Shown here: one piece after another, positions 27,347 through 36,650 of the stretch
Position numbering within the stretch: the first letter of the stretch is position 1
How the letters are laid out: every line of letters begins with the position of its first letter
Assembly (NCBI GenBank): GCA_039030525.1
Contig: JBCCDZ010000001.1
Location: forward strand, 1-45,161
Source of the DNA: Pseudomonadota bacterium
GTDB lineage: Bacteria; Pseudomonadota; Alphaproteobacteria; Caulobacterales; Hyphomonadaceae
DNA length: 45,161 bases
Direction of reading: 5' to 3'
Notes under the pieces: model-generated
What the model was told of the DNA's origin: nothing
What the model saw: the letters and a program-made list of their open reading frames with translations, nothing else
Database searches by the model: none
Translations under genes and position numbers: made by a program

Positions 27347-28569
27347 GATGCCTCTCCAGTTCGCTGCGCGCCGGTATGAGACTCGCAGACGGCCGCCGCC
27401 CGAACCAGACCATTTCCATATACCGGATCCGGTCCTGTCACGCCGAGGTCGGCAATGCTTCTATTCAAATAAGAACGAACTGTATCTGCATTTGTGTCGA
27501 AAGATCGCGATGTATCGGCGGCAATCAAGGCGGTGACAAAAGGCGCCGCGAATGAGGTCCCACTGACATAGCGACCAGAATCCTGGCCTGCCTGGATCAA
27601 AACATCGACGCCTGGGGCGGCATACTCGACATGCGGACCTTGAACCGCGCGACCAAAGATCTTTTGATCGGCGTCGACCGCCGTAACGGCAATCACTTGC
27701 TCAAACGCTGCCGGATAGCGCGGCGGCGCATCAGGGCCTTCATTGCCAACCGCAGCCACAATCACCATGCCAGTCTCAGCCAGTAAATCGACCACGCTTT
27801 CAAGCAGAGGGTTATACGGTCCTGAAAGACTGACATTGACGACCTGGACGTCTTGCTTGCGCAACCAATCAAACGCCAAAAGAATCTCTTTGGTGCCACT
27901 CCCAGCCTGCCCTGCCGCACTCTCTCCAACGACGCCCGCTGAATAGATGCGAGCATTCTGCAGCCGGCCTGGCCCGCTAATCAAACTGGCGACGGTTTCG
28001 GCATGTTGGCTTTCGACCGAATTGCGACGCGCAAAATTATGGCTGACAATTTGCGACGCGTTTAAGCCAGGCACCTTGTCAGAAAGGTAACCGTCAATAA
28101 TCCCGACGGGTGTCATTGCCTGGCAACCTTGGTCTGGCCAACCGAGCAACGCATTCGCATAGGTTCTTCCGTACGCATCAGAGCCAGATTGCATGCCCGC
28201 TTGTGCGGAATAGAAATTGTCGAGTCCAACCCGGGCGCTTGGACTCATCATCCGCATGTCATTGACCGCGACTTCATCGCTAATGCCGGGCGGCCGCGCG
28301 AAGTCGAGCAGGATTAAGTCCAAGCCCTCAAGGAATTGACGATCAATCAACTGATAGCCACGACGGCTGACATTGATCATCAACTCATTGGCCTCTTGCT
28401 CGGAGGCGAGCAAAATCAGCACATTGTCGTCGTCGAACAATTGTTCATCCGAGACCAATTCCGCACCGCTTCCAGCGTCATTTTGCGGAGTCGCAGGGGA
28501 TATTGCGCACGCCGCCAAACTGGATGCGAAGGCACAAGAAGCGAAGAGTGGATACCAGTGTTTCAACAT
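27343..28569 (-). CDS. S8 subtilisin-like serine protease, lipoprotein
   Basis: Lipobox LAA-C; triad GIIDG, QHAETVA, SGTSFAAP; oxyanion AAVGNEG; VNVSLSG; YPAA; YGNGL. Confidence 0.93.
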   Translation of the reverse strand: MLKHWYPLFASCAFASSLAACAISPATPQNDAGSGAELVSDEQLFDDDNVLILLASEQEANELMINVSRRGYQLIDRQFLEGLDLILLDFARPPGISDEVAVNDMRMMSPSARVGLDNFYSAQAGMQSGSDAYGRTYANALLGWPDQGCQAMTPVGIIDGYLSDKVPGLNASQIVSHNFARRNSVESQHAETVASLISGPGRLQNARIYSAGVVGESAAGQAGSGTKEILLAFDWLRKQDVQVVNVSLSGPYNPLLESVVDLLAETGMVIVAAVGNEGPDAPPRYPAAFEQVIAVTAVDADQKIFGRAVQGPHVEYAAPGVDVLIQAGQDSGRYVSGTSFAAPFVTALIAADTSRSFDTNADTVRSYLNRSIADLGVTGPDPVYGNGLVRAAAVCESHTGAQRTGEAS

Positions 28570-28595
28570 TTCTCATTTCCTGAACAAGTCGCGAC

Positions 28596-28624
28596 TATGT
28601 CGTGTCGAGGTCGCAAATGGTTCA
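28596..28624 (-). promoter_or_regulatory. ECF sigma-type promoter of the protease-tolC operon
   Basis: Minus strand TGAACC-N16-CGACATA, 26 bp upstream of the protease start. Confidence 0.7.
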
Positions 28625-28632
28625 GAAAAAAA

Positions 28633-29853
28633 TCAGAACCGCTTGGTGATTGAAGCAAATATGCGTTGCCGGTCGCTGGAAAACTGGTCGGCGCGATAAT
28701 CAGCGAGCCCGACTTTGAGCTTCAAGTCTGCGAGTTTCGCTTGCATGATGAAATCGACTTCATGCCCGTGACTGGCACCGCCTTGATCGGCTTCGAATTC
28801 ATGCACCCGCACGGTCGGTGTGACATCCTTGAATGGTCCAATCTGCCCTCCATTATACTTCACACCTAAGGACGTATCCACGATGCCATTGATCGGCGTG
28901 CTGAGAAAGACGTCGGCTTCACCTTGAAACTTGTGCAGCGAGGCGAGCGGCGTTTGAAAGGATTGTTCGGCGTCGGCACCTAACACTTCGTGGCGCAGGT
29001 TTGCTTCGAAATTTGCAATGAACGTCCTGATATCGATCAAATAGTAATCTGCCTCGTAGGATAAAGGATTGTCTGAGTAATCCGTCTGGCGGGCGTAAGA
29101 CGCTTCGATATCGAACTTGAACGCAGAGCGATGATAGCGGCCATCGAAGCGGACACCGGACGTCTGAGACGATAGTGTCCGATTGCGGTTCAGGTCGGGT
29201 CCGGTTTCCAAGTCTAGCGCGTAGTGAAACACGCCGAACCGCCCTGCTGGCGTCTGCAAGTTGACCGTCGCAAACCAAGAGTCGGATTCGAACTCTCCTA
29301 GCGGCGTGCGATTGCCCAGCGGGCGATTGACCTGAGCAATGTAACCCGCCTGCAATGTGTGCGCCCCTGCGGTCCGAGCAGACAATCGCACGCCATCATA
29401 GCTGCGCGTATTTTGTCGAAACGGCGCCATGCCTAAAAACCGCTGATCATCAATCCGCAAGCTCTGGCGCCCAAGCGTGACGAAGGATCCATTTCCGAGA
29501 TCGGCTTGAATCTGGAAGCGATTGATATCCAGATGATCAGGGTCCGGGATCAGAGGTTTCGTCAGTGCTGGCCCTGGCAAATCGCTGAAATCGTCGATCA
29601 ATGCGCCGACACCCTCAATTTCAATGAGTCCGAATAGCCAGTCAGTCGGAGTCCATTCTGCGGAAACCCGCGCACTCAAGGTCAACGCTGTACCCGTATC
29701 CGGCAAATTGTCTTGATCGATCAAATCATAACGAAGCCGCGTATCGCCGCCCAACACGAATGTGGGCTCAGCGAAACTGACATGCGCGAAAGGCGCGAAC
29801 GTGGCCAAACATATGGACACCTTCGCCAGATAGGCTTGCGGTCGTTCAATCAT
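28633..29853 (-). CDS. Alginate-export-family-like outer-membrane beta-barrel
   Basis: Signal peptide ending VSFA; RLRYD..DQ, GRQ.L..DDQRF.G...FRQN...YDG, FQTPLA.LHKFQG.AD.F..TP..G..D; C-terminal Phe. Confidence 0.82.
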   Translation of the reverse strand: MIERPQAYLAKVSICLATFAPFAHVSFAEPTFVLGGDTRLRYDLIDQDNLPDTGTALTLSARVSAEWTPTDWLFGLIEIEGVGALIDDFSDLPGPALTKPLIPDPDHLDINRFQIQADLGNGSFVTLGRQSLRIDDQRFLGMAPFRQNTRSYDGVRLSARTAGAHTLQAGYIAQVNRPLGNRTPLGEFESDSWFATVNLQTPAGRFGVFHYALDLETGPDLNRNRTLSSQTSGVRFDGRYHRSAFKFDIEASYARQTDYSDNPLSYEADYYLIDIRTFIANFEANLRHEVLGADAEQSFQTPLASLHKFQGEADVFLSTPINGIVDTSLGVKYNGGQIGPFKDVTPTVRVHEFEADQGGASHGHEVDFIMQAKLADLKLKVGLADYRADQFSSDRQRIFASITKRF

Positions 29854-29944
29854 ACTATACCAGCCCAACATCCCTCTAAGGCGGCTTGTGTTCGTTTCAA
29901 ATCCCCATAGAAACCGGGAGGATGCAAGCCAATACAAAAAAAAG

Positions 29945-29973
29945 TGAACCAAATCGAAGATTGAAACGACTAA
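29945..29973 (+). promoter_or_regulatory. ECF sigma-type promoter of the anti-sigma gene
   Basis: TGAACC-N16-CGACTAA, 32 bp upstream of ATG 30006. Confidence 0.7.
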
Positions 29974-30005
29974 ACCCTGTAACTTGCCACATTAGGTATT
30001 GAATC

Positions 30006-30611
30006 ATGACTTTCGATCTATCCAAACTTTCTGATCAAGCGTTGAGTGAACTCGTGCTGGATTATGTTCGCGGCACCGCATCGGATGAAGCGACAGTCGC
30101 TATCGAAGCGCGATTGGAAATCGATCGTGAGCTGGCGGATGAAGTCGCATATTTGCAGGGGCTGCATCGCGCCGTATCGCCGCTCAAAAAAGACGGCATG
30201 TCTGATGAATTGGGTTGGCGGCGTTTGTCGAAAGCGATTGCCTCTGAAAGTGGTCGCACAGCAGCGAATGATAATGCCAAGATTTGGAAATACGCGGCAG
30301 CCGCCTTCGCGGTTGTGGCAGCAATTCAGACGGCCATTCTGATTCAGCCGTCCGCTCAGAACCCAACCGAGACCTATGTTACCGCCTCCGCGAATGACGC
30401 CGATACCCATGCTGTGAACATCATTTTCAATGACGTCACCGCTGCAGAGGACATCACGCGCGTGCTGAACGCGGTGAATGGGGAGTTCGTGGCCGGACCG
30501 AGTGCACTTGGGCTCTATACAATAGCCTTTGAAACCGAAGCCGCGCGTGACGACGCTTTGCAAGCGCTTCAGGCTGAGACCGACATCATAGAAAGCGTCA
30601 GCCTGAAATGA
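30006..30611 (+). CDS. Putative transmembrane anti-sigma factor
   Basis: N-terminal anti-sigma-domain pattern EL.LDYVRG....E...IE..L.....L..EV, ELGW.RL, AAND, a single TM (WKYAAAAFAVVAAIQ), periplasmic domain with GPSALGLY. Confidence 0.8.
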   Translation: MTFDLSKLSDQALSELVLDYVRGTASDEATVAIEARLEIDRELADEVAYLQGLHRAVSPLKKDGMSDELGWRRLSKAIASESGRTAANDNAKIWKYAAAAFAVVAAIQTAILIQPSAQNPTETYVTASANDADTHAVNIIFNDVTAAEDITRVLNAVNGEFVAGPSALGLYTIAFETEAARDDALQALQAETDIIESVSLK

Positions 30612-31154
30612 TCATTCGGATCGCTTCAAACAACGCAGCAAGGCGGCCTTTGCTGCCATGATCCGTGTCTTCACAGTTCCGGTTGGGCAGTCCTCAATTT
30701 CGGCGATCTGCGAATAAGACAGGTCTTCATAAAACGCCAAGTGGATAGCGCTCTTCTGAATTGCGTTGAGACCTTCAATACATACCCGAACCCGCTCGGC
30801 ATCTTGAAAGGCTTCCAGAGTCTTTTGTGGATCCGGCGTATCATCGGCAATCTCTATATCGACATCGCCGAAAACCGTCCGTGCTCCCTTGCGGTTACGG
30901 TCTATCGCTTTGTTGCGTGCAATTGAGAACATCCACGATTTTACCGTCGAGCGCCCGCCAAATCGATCAGCGCTTCGCCACACATCGAGCATCGCCTCAT
31001 GCACAATATCTGCCGCTTCTTGTGGATCTGCGAGATAGTTCTGAACAAAACTGCTTAAGTGCGCAGCGTAATGATCATAAAGCTGCTTCAGAGCTTCCTG
31101 ATCACCTGCCGCGACTCGTGCGATGAGTTCTGTGTCTCTTTCGGCTATCCCCAA
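30612..31154 (-). CDS. ECF sigma-70 factor
   Basis: D.ELI.RVA.GD..AL..LYD.Y, A.DIVHEA.L.VW..A.RF, KSW.FSIARNK.ID, LSY..IA.I...P.GTVKTR; TTG at 31154 after GGAGGAG. Confidence 0.93.
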   Translation of the reverse strand: MGIAERDTELIARVAAGDQEALKQLYDHYAAHLSSFVQNYLADPQEAADIVHEAMLDVWRSADRFGGRSTVKSWMFSIARNKAIDRNRKGARTVFGDVDIEIADDTPDPQKTLEAFQDAERVRVCIEGLNAIQKSAIHLAFYEDLSYSQIAEIEDCPTGTVKTRIMAAKAALLRCLKRSE

Positions 31155-31289
31155 GACCGTCTCCTCCGTACACCCAAGGCATAGCAAATCGACCAAGTTT
31201 TCAAGCGTTGATATCGGTCGTCCGAATTGACCCCGCAAATCGCTATGATCAGCCTCACTTTCTTGTGATTACCTTGTGATCAGAAACTT

Positions 31290-31317
31290 TGAACCGTTCG
31301 TGCTCCCGAACGACTTA
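31290..31317 (+). promoter_or_regulatory. ECF sigma-type promoter of the RTX/T1SS operon
   Basis: TGAACC-N15-CGACTTA; preceded by the direct repeat CTTGTGAT at 31262 and 31273. Confidence 0.65.
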
Positions 31318-31599
31318 GTCGCATGTTTAGCGCATTTAATCCTTGCTTTGCCCTGAACATGTGCCGCTCGGCGCATGCTTGTGAAACTGCGATCTTTCTT
31401 CCCTCTTGCGAAGATCGTTCACGCGCTGCGTCGGCGGCAGACTTAGGTCTCGGTGGTCCTGGGAGCACCGTCACGATAAGCCCCTTCCTTCGTACGGTTG
31501 GGCCATCGAGATCTATCCTTTGCGCACCTGACGGCTTCTCGCTCCAAGCTGTCCCCAAAGGGTGTTGTTCCCAAACCTTACTCACTTGGAGACATGAAA

Positions 31600-34500
31600 A
31601 TGTCACGTAAGGAATCACTATTAAATGGTCGCAGCAGCGGCCTTCTCGCAGGCGTGCTCGCCGTTATTGGGCTGAGCGGCAAAGCCGCAGCGCAAGCGGC
31701 TGAATCAGGCCTGATCGATCTTTCGCAAGCCGACCAGGTCGCGAATTACACGGTCAACGAAGACGGATCCGTCGAACTAACTTTGGAAAGCGGCGAAACG
31801 GTAACTATTCCTGCAGACCAGGTTGTCATGCAAAACGGCCAAGTCCTGGTCGATGCATCTGCTTTGCAAATCGCGCTTGAAGCCGGTGGCTTGAGCCCGC
31901 TTGTATATGCTGGCGCAGGATTGGCGGGCGCTGTCGGCGTCGCGGCCGCTGCAAGCGGTGGCGGAGACGACGGCCCAGGCAATGTGCCAACCCCCAACGC
32001 AGACAATCTGACGGGTACACCACAAAATGACACAATCAACGCGCTTGCGGGTGATGATATCGTTGATGGTTTGGCTGGCGACGACACTCTGTCTGGGGCC
32101 GAAGGTAATGACACGCTGATCGGCGGCGCAGGAAATGACACTCTAAATGGCAATGCAGGTGCTGACACACTGCAAGGCGGCGCTGGCGACGACACACTCC
32201 TCGGTGGCGGCGGCACAGACATCATTGATGGTGGCGCAGGTAGCGATACGAACTCTTTTGCTGACATCGCTCAAGACACCACAGCCGACATCGCTGCTGG
32301 AACAGCGTCTTACGGGATGGTCAATGAGAGCTTCAGCAATATTGAAAACCTGACAGGCGGTGCCGGAAACGACACCTTGTCTGGTGATGGTGGCGCAAAT
32401 ACGCTGACTGGTGGCGCGGGCGACGACGTCCTTGCTGGTCGCGGCGGCGTCGACGTCATTGACGGCGGTGATGGAAACGACACCAATTCGTTTGAAGGCA
32501 TTGGTGCAGACGTGACCGCAGATATCGCGGCCGGCACAGCTGACTATGGAATGGTCAACGAGACCTTCACCAATATCGAAAATCTGACCGGTAGCACTGG
32601 CAATGACACGCTTTCAGGCGACGCTGGTGCGAACACATTGATTGGCGGCGCAGGCGACGACGTGCTCGCTGGTCGCGGTGGCGTCGACGTCATCGATGGC
32701 GGTGACGGCAATGACACCAATTCGTTTGACGGCATTGGCGCAGACGTCACGGCTGACATCGCAGCGGGTACTGCTGATTATGGCATGGTCAGTGAGACGT
32801 TCACGAATATTGAGAACCTCACCGGCAGCACTGGCAATGATACGCTTTCAGGCGACGCTGGTGCGAACACATTGAGTGGTGGCGCGGGCGACGACGTGCT
32901 CGCTGGTCGCGGTGGCACTGACATTATCGATGGCGGCGAAGGCATTGATACCAACTCGTTCGAAGGTATCGGCGTCGGCGTAACGGCGAACATTGGCGCA
33001 GGCACCGCGTCTTATGGCACGGTCAATGAGACCTTCACCAATATCGAAAACCTGCGAGGCTCTGACAATGATGACAACCTGCGCGGCGATGGCGGTGCCA
33101 ACCTCCTGGAAGGCGGTGCTGGTGACGACACTCTAATCTGGTCTGGCGGTGAAGATACGCTGGATGGTGGCGAAGGTTTCGACACGGCGGATTACACAAC
33201 ATCGTCTGTTCCGGTTGCAGTTCAACTGGACGCAAACGGAAACGGTACGGTGACGCGCGAAGTTGGCTTCTCCGTTGAAGTCGTGAACGCAGAAGTCGCT
33301 GATGATGCGACATTCGTTCAAGCAGCGGTCGACGGCAATTTGTACTTCAACGTGCATACGTCGGACTTCCCTGGCGGCGAAATTCGCGGTCAGCTGAGCG
33401 TGTCTTCTGACGAAACGGTTGATGGTGTCCGTACGATTGTACTCGATGCCAGCCTGGATGCCGCACAAGAGCCTATGGATGCATCTGACTCAGATGCCAC
33501 AGGCACGGGTCAAGTGACCATTACTGTCGATGCTGACGGCAATGCAACCTATAGCTCTAGCTTAGACATTTCAGGCATTTCACCGTCTGAACTGATTACG
33601 CTTGGCGATGGTGCTCTGTCTGCCATTCACCTTCACAACGCCCCAGCAGGCAGCAATGGTCCTGTTCTTCAGGACATTGTGGTCGACGCCGGTGGCGAAA
33701 CCGATGGTGAGTCAGGATTCACAGCAGAAGTGGTGAATGCGGAAGTTGCCGACGATGCAGCCTTCGTAGAAGCCGCAGACGCTGGGAACCTTTACTTCAA
33801 CGTTCACACCGCGGACTTCCCCGGCGGCGAAATTCGCGGTCAGCTCGACACAGTGGTGTCGGACGAAACCGTGGATGGCGTTCGCACGCTCGTCCTCTCT
33901 GCTGAACTGGACGCAGCACAAGAGCCAATGGATGCCTCGGATTCTGATGCCACCGGAACGGCGACTGTAACGATTGTCATCGATGCGGAAGGCAATGCAA
34001 CTTACAGCTCTCAGCTGTCCGTTGCAGGCATTACAGATGAAGACCTCATCACACTGGGTGATGGCGCTCTGTCTGCAATTCACTTGCACAATGCACCTGC
34101 CGGCGTGAACGGCCCTGTGCTTCAGGACTTCATCGTTGATGCGGGCGGCACGACCACCGATTTCAGCGTTCTGCAGGAAACCGATGTGTTTGCTGAAGAT
34201 GTTGAAGTCGACACGCTGACCTCAATTGAACGCGTTATTCTGTCAGAGAATGATGACGTGGTTGCACCAGGTGCTGGCTCTCAAACCATTGAAGGCGGCG
34301 CAGGTGATGATGTCATTGCTGGCGGCGGCGGAACCGACTTCCTGGATGGTGGTGAAGGCAACGACACTAACTCATTCGAAGGGATCGGACGCAATGTCGA
34401 TGCCAATCTTGGCACCGGAACCGCATTCTATGTCACACCCGGTGGGGCGACGATCGAAGAAGGCTTCAGCAACTTCGAAAATCTCGCAGGTTTCACCGGA

Positions 34501-36573
34501 GATGACCGTCTGACGGGCGATGCTGGCGACAACATCCTTGATGGTGGCGCAGGCAATGACGAGCTCAATGGTGGTGGCGGTAATGACACGCTGATTGGCG
34601 GCGCGGGCGATGACGTCCTTGCTGGCGGCGGCGGTCAGGACACGCTGGATGGCGGAGAAGGCATCGATACTGCCGATCACTCCGACATTGGTGTGGCAGT
34701 GAATGTCGACCTATCAGCTGGCACGGCCGACTATGGCATGGTCAATGAGACGCTGACCTCAATTGAGAACGTCATCGGCACATCATTTGATGACACCCTG
34801 ACAGGTGATGACCAGGCCAACCTCATCGCAGGTGGTGACGGCGCAGACACGATTAGCGGCGGTGCCGGTGACGATGTTCTGCGGGGTGACGCGCTTGGCG
34901 CAGGTGAAACCCTGACCATCAGTGTTACCAATACGCTGCCTGAAGGTGGTACGTTCCTGACGCCCGTCTGGTTCGGGTTCCATGATGGCGAGAACTTCGA
35001 TCTTTATGATCGCGGGGAAGCCGCCAGCACAGGCCTGGAACGGGTTGCCGAAGATGGCAACATTGGTGCCATTGCCAGTGAGTTCAGCCAAGCGGCTGGT
35101 CGCAATGGCGTAGATGCCGGTGTGTTCGGTCTTGGCGTTGGGGCCCCCGGCCCTATCGACCCAGGTGAAACCGCAACCTTCACGATCAATGTGAACCCAG
35201 AGGATGTTGGCCGCGGCTACTTCACTTGGATCACCATGGTCATTCCATCGAATGATGCCTTCCTGGCATCACCTGGAAATCCTTTGACGGACGCGATCTT
35301 TGATGCTGACGGCAACTTTAACGGGCCACTGATTGTTCAGCGCCTCGGAGAAGATGTCCTTGATGCTGGCACCGAAGAGAACACCGAGTTAGATGCGGCC
35401 TTCCTCAACCAGACCGGCCCGAATACCGGCGTGACTGAGGATGGGGTCATTACTGTGCATCCGGGCTTTAACGGATCTGCAGCTTTGCCAGACGGCACAC
35501 CGGTCAACATTCTTGGTGGCACCACAGCAGCTGGCACCATCGTTGACGCCATTGCAGGTGACTTCACCCAAAATGGTGGACAGAATCTGGTGCTTCAGAT
35601 CGTCGTTGATCGGGCCGAATTCGGTGGCGATGACGTCATTGATGGCGGCGCCGGCAATGATACGATTGAAGGTGGCTTCGGCGACGACACTCTGATCGGT
35701 GGAGAAGGCGACGACTTCATCCAGGGCGGTGTTGGAGATGACATCATCGATGGTGGCAGCGGCAATGACACAGCGGACTATTCGGACATTGATGTCCCGG
35801 TCACAGTCATGCTGGATGCTGATGGCAACGGTACTGTCACCCGTGAAACTGGCTTCTCTGTTGAGGTCACGGACGCGGCGGTCGCTGACGACGCGGTCTT
35901 TGTGGCGGCGGCAGAAGCCGGAAATCTCTACTTCAATGTCCATACGGACGAATTCCCTGGAGGAGAGATCCGAGGCCAGTTGTCGATCGCCTCAGACACC
36001 ACAGATGACGCTGGTGTTCGCACCCTTGTTCTCGATGGTATTCTGAATTCTGCGCAAGAGCCGATGGATGCCTCAGACTCAGCAGCATCGGGCTTCGGTC
36101 AGGTGACCATCACAGTCGATGCGATGGGCAACGCGACCTATAGCTCCAGCCTGTCAATTGACGGCATTGCGGTGTCTGAACTGATGACGGTTGGGCCTTT
36201 CTCAGCCATTCATCTGCACAATGCTCCGGCTGGCGAGAATGGTGGTGTCGTTCAAGACGTCATCGTCGATGCTGGTGGAGATGTGAATGGCGCAACCATG
36301 GCCGGCGACGTCTTCGACGAGGTTGTCGAGGTTGATACGCTGACATCGATCGAGAATGTTCTTCTCGCCGATGGCAGCATTGTCACCCCGACTGATGCAA
36401 TGGCGCCCGTGACCGAGCTGCTGTCAGTTTCTGAAACTGCTGATGTTGCGTCCTCGAAAACCACACCGGATTTCATGGAGTACTCAGGGGTTGATGCGGG
36501 CTTTGCATCCGCCGATCTCGCTGCAGATCAGGACGACTTCCGGGTTCCACCGGCAGACTCGTTTGACATGTAA
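31600..36573 (+). CDS. Large RTX calcium-binding surface/secreted protein with three CHRD domains and a spondin_N-like domain
   Basis: Many GGxGxDxL nonapeptides; CHRD motifs [19 protein letters not shown] and [13 protein letters not shown] (x3); spondin motifs [32 protein letters not shown]. Start ATG 31600 (or 31594) after TTGGAG. Confidence 0.93.
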   Translation: MSRKESLLNGRSSGLLAGVLAVIGLSGKAAAQAAESGLIDLSQADQVANYTVNEDGSVELTLESGETVTIPADQVVMQNGQVLVDASALQIALEAGGLSPLVYAGAGLAGAVGVAAAASGGGDDGPGNVPTPNADNLTGTPQNDTINALAGDDIVDGLAGDDTLSGAEGNDTLIGGAGNDTLNGNAGADTLQGGAGDDTLLGGGGTDIIDGGAGSDTNSFADIAQDTTADIAAGTASYGMVNESFSNIENLTGGAGNDTLSGDGGANTLTGGAGDDVLAGRGGVDVIDGGDGNDTNSFEGIGADVTADIAAGTADYGMVNETFTNIENLTGSTGNDTLSGDAGANTLIGGAGDDVLAGRGGVDVIDGGDGNDTNSFDGIGADVTADIAAGTADYGMVSETFTNIENLTGSTGNDTLSGDAGANTLSGGAGDDVLAGRGGTDIIDGGEGIDTNSFEGIGVGVTANIGAGTASYGTVNETFTNIENLRGSDNDDNLRGDGGANLLEGGAGDDTLIWSGGEDTLDGGEGFDTADYTTSSVPVAVQLDANGNGTVTREVGFSVEVVNAEVADDATFVQAAVDGNLYFNVHTSDFPGGEIRGQLSVSSDETVDGVRTIVLDASLDAAQEPMDASDSDATGTGQVTITVDADGNATYSSSLDISGISPSELITLGDGALSAIHLHNAPAGSNGPVLQDIVVDAGGETDGESGFTAEVVNAEVADDAAFVEAADAGNLYFNVHTADFPGGEIRGQLDTVVSDETVDGVRTLVLSAELDAAQEPMDASDSDATGTATVTIVIDAEGNATYSSQLSVAGITDEDLITLGDGALSAIHLHNAPAGVNGPVLQDFIVDAGGTTTDFSVLQETDVFAEDVEVDTLTSIERVILSENDDVVAPGAGSQTIEGGAGDDVIAGGGGTDFLDGGEGNDTNSFEGIGRNVDANLGTGTAFYVTPGGATIEEGFSNFENLAGFTGDDRLTGDAGDNILDGGAGNDELNGGGGNDTLIGGAGDDVLAGGGGQDTLDGGEGIDTADHSDIGVAVNVDLSAGTADYGMVNETLTSIENVIGTSFDDTLTGDDQANLIAGGDGADTISGGAGDDVLRGDALGAGETLTISVTNTLPEGGTFLTPVWFGFHDGENFDLYDRGEAASTGLERVAEDGNIGAIASEFSQAAGRNGVDAGVFGLGVGAPGPIDPGETATFTINVNPEDVGRGYFTWITMVIPSNDAFLASPGNPLTDAIFDADGNFNGPLIVQRLGEDVLDAGTEENTELDAAFLNQTGPNTGVTEDGVITVHPGFNGSAALPDGTPVNILGGTTAAGTIVDAIAGDFTQNGGQNLVLQIVVDRAEFGGDDVIDGGAGNDTIEGGFGDDTLIGGEGDDFIQGGVGDDIIDGGSGNDTADYSDIDVPVTVMLDADGNGTVTRETGFSVEVTDAAVADDAVFVAAAEAGNLYFNVHTDEFPGGEIRGQLSIASDTTDDAGVRTLVLDGILNSAQEPMDASDSAASGFGQVTITVDAMGNATYSSSLSIDGIAVSELMTVGPFSAIHLHNAPAGENGGVVQDVIVDAGGDVNGATMAGDVFDEVVEVDTLTSIENVLLADGSIVTPTDAMAPVTELLSVSETADVASSKTTPDFMEYSGVDAGFASADLAADQDDFRVPPADSFDM
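32104..33060 (+). repeat. Intragenic tandem repeat, 234 bp (78 aa), about 4 copies
   Basis: NIENL recurs at 32338, 32572, 32806 and 33040; copies are near-identical in protein with synonymous divergence. Confidence 0.9.
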
Positions 36574-36580
36574 CCTAACC

Positions 36581-36619
36581 GGTTGGCCCCATCCTCAGGG
36601 ACGGGGCCAACCTCCTTTT
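36581..36619 (+). terminator. Strong stem-loop between the RTX gene and the ABC transporter gene
   Basis: GGTTGGCCCC...GGGGCCAACC followed by TCCTTTT. Confidence 0.75.
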
Positions 36620-36650
36620 CTTCCATTCCTCACATTCCCAGGAGCTCCCA

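Noticed and set aside
31280-31618. ORFs of 95-112 aa on both strands in the RTX leader
   Set aside because: No RBS or motifs; the region is better explained as promoter plus untranslated leader.
32104-33060. Repeats considered as a CRISPR array
   Set aside because: In-frame coding repeats with no unique spacers and no cas genes.
31600-36573. RTX protein as a pore-forming toxin or secreted enzyme
   Set aside because: No hemolysin pore domain, acyltransferase (hlyC) gene, or protease/lipase catalytic motif was seen.
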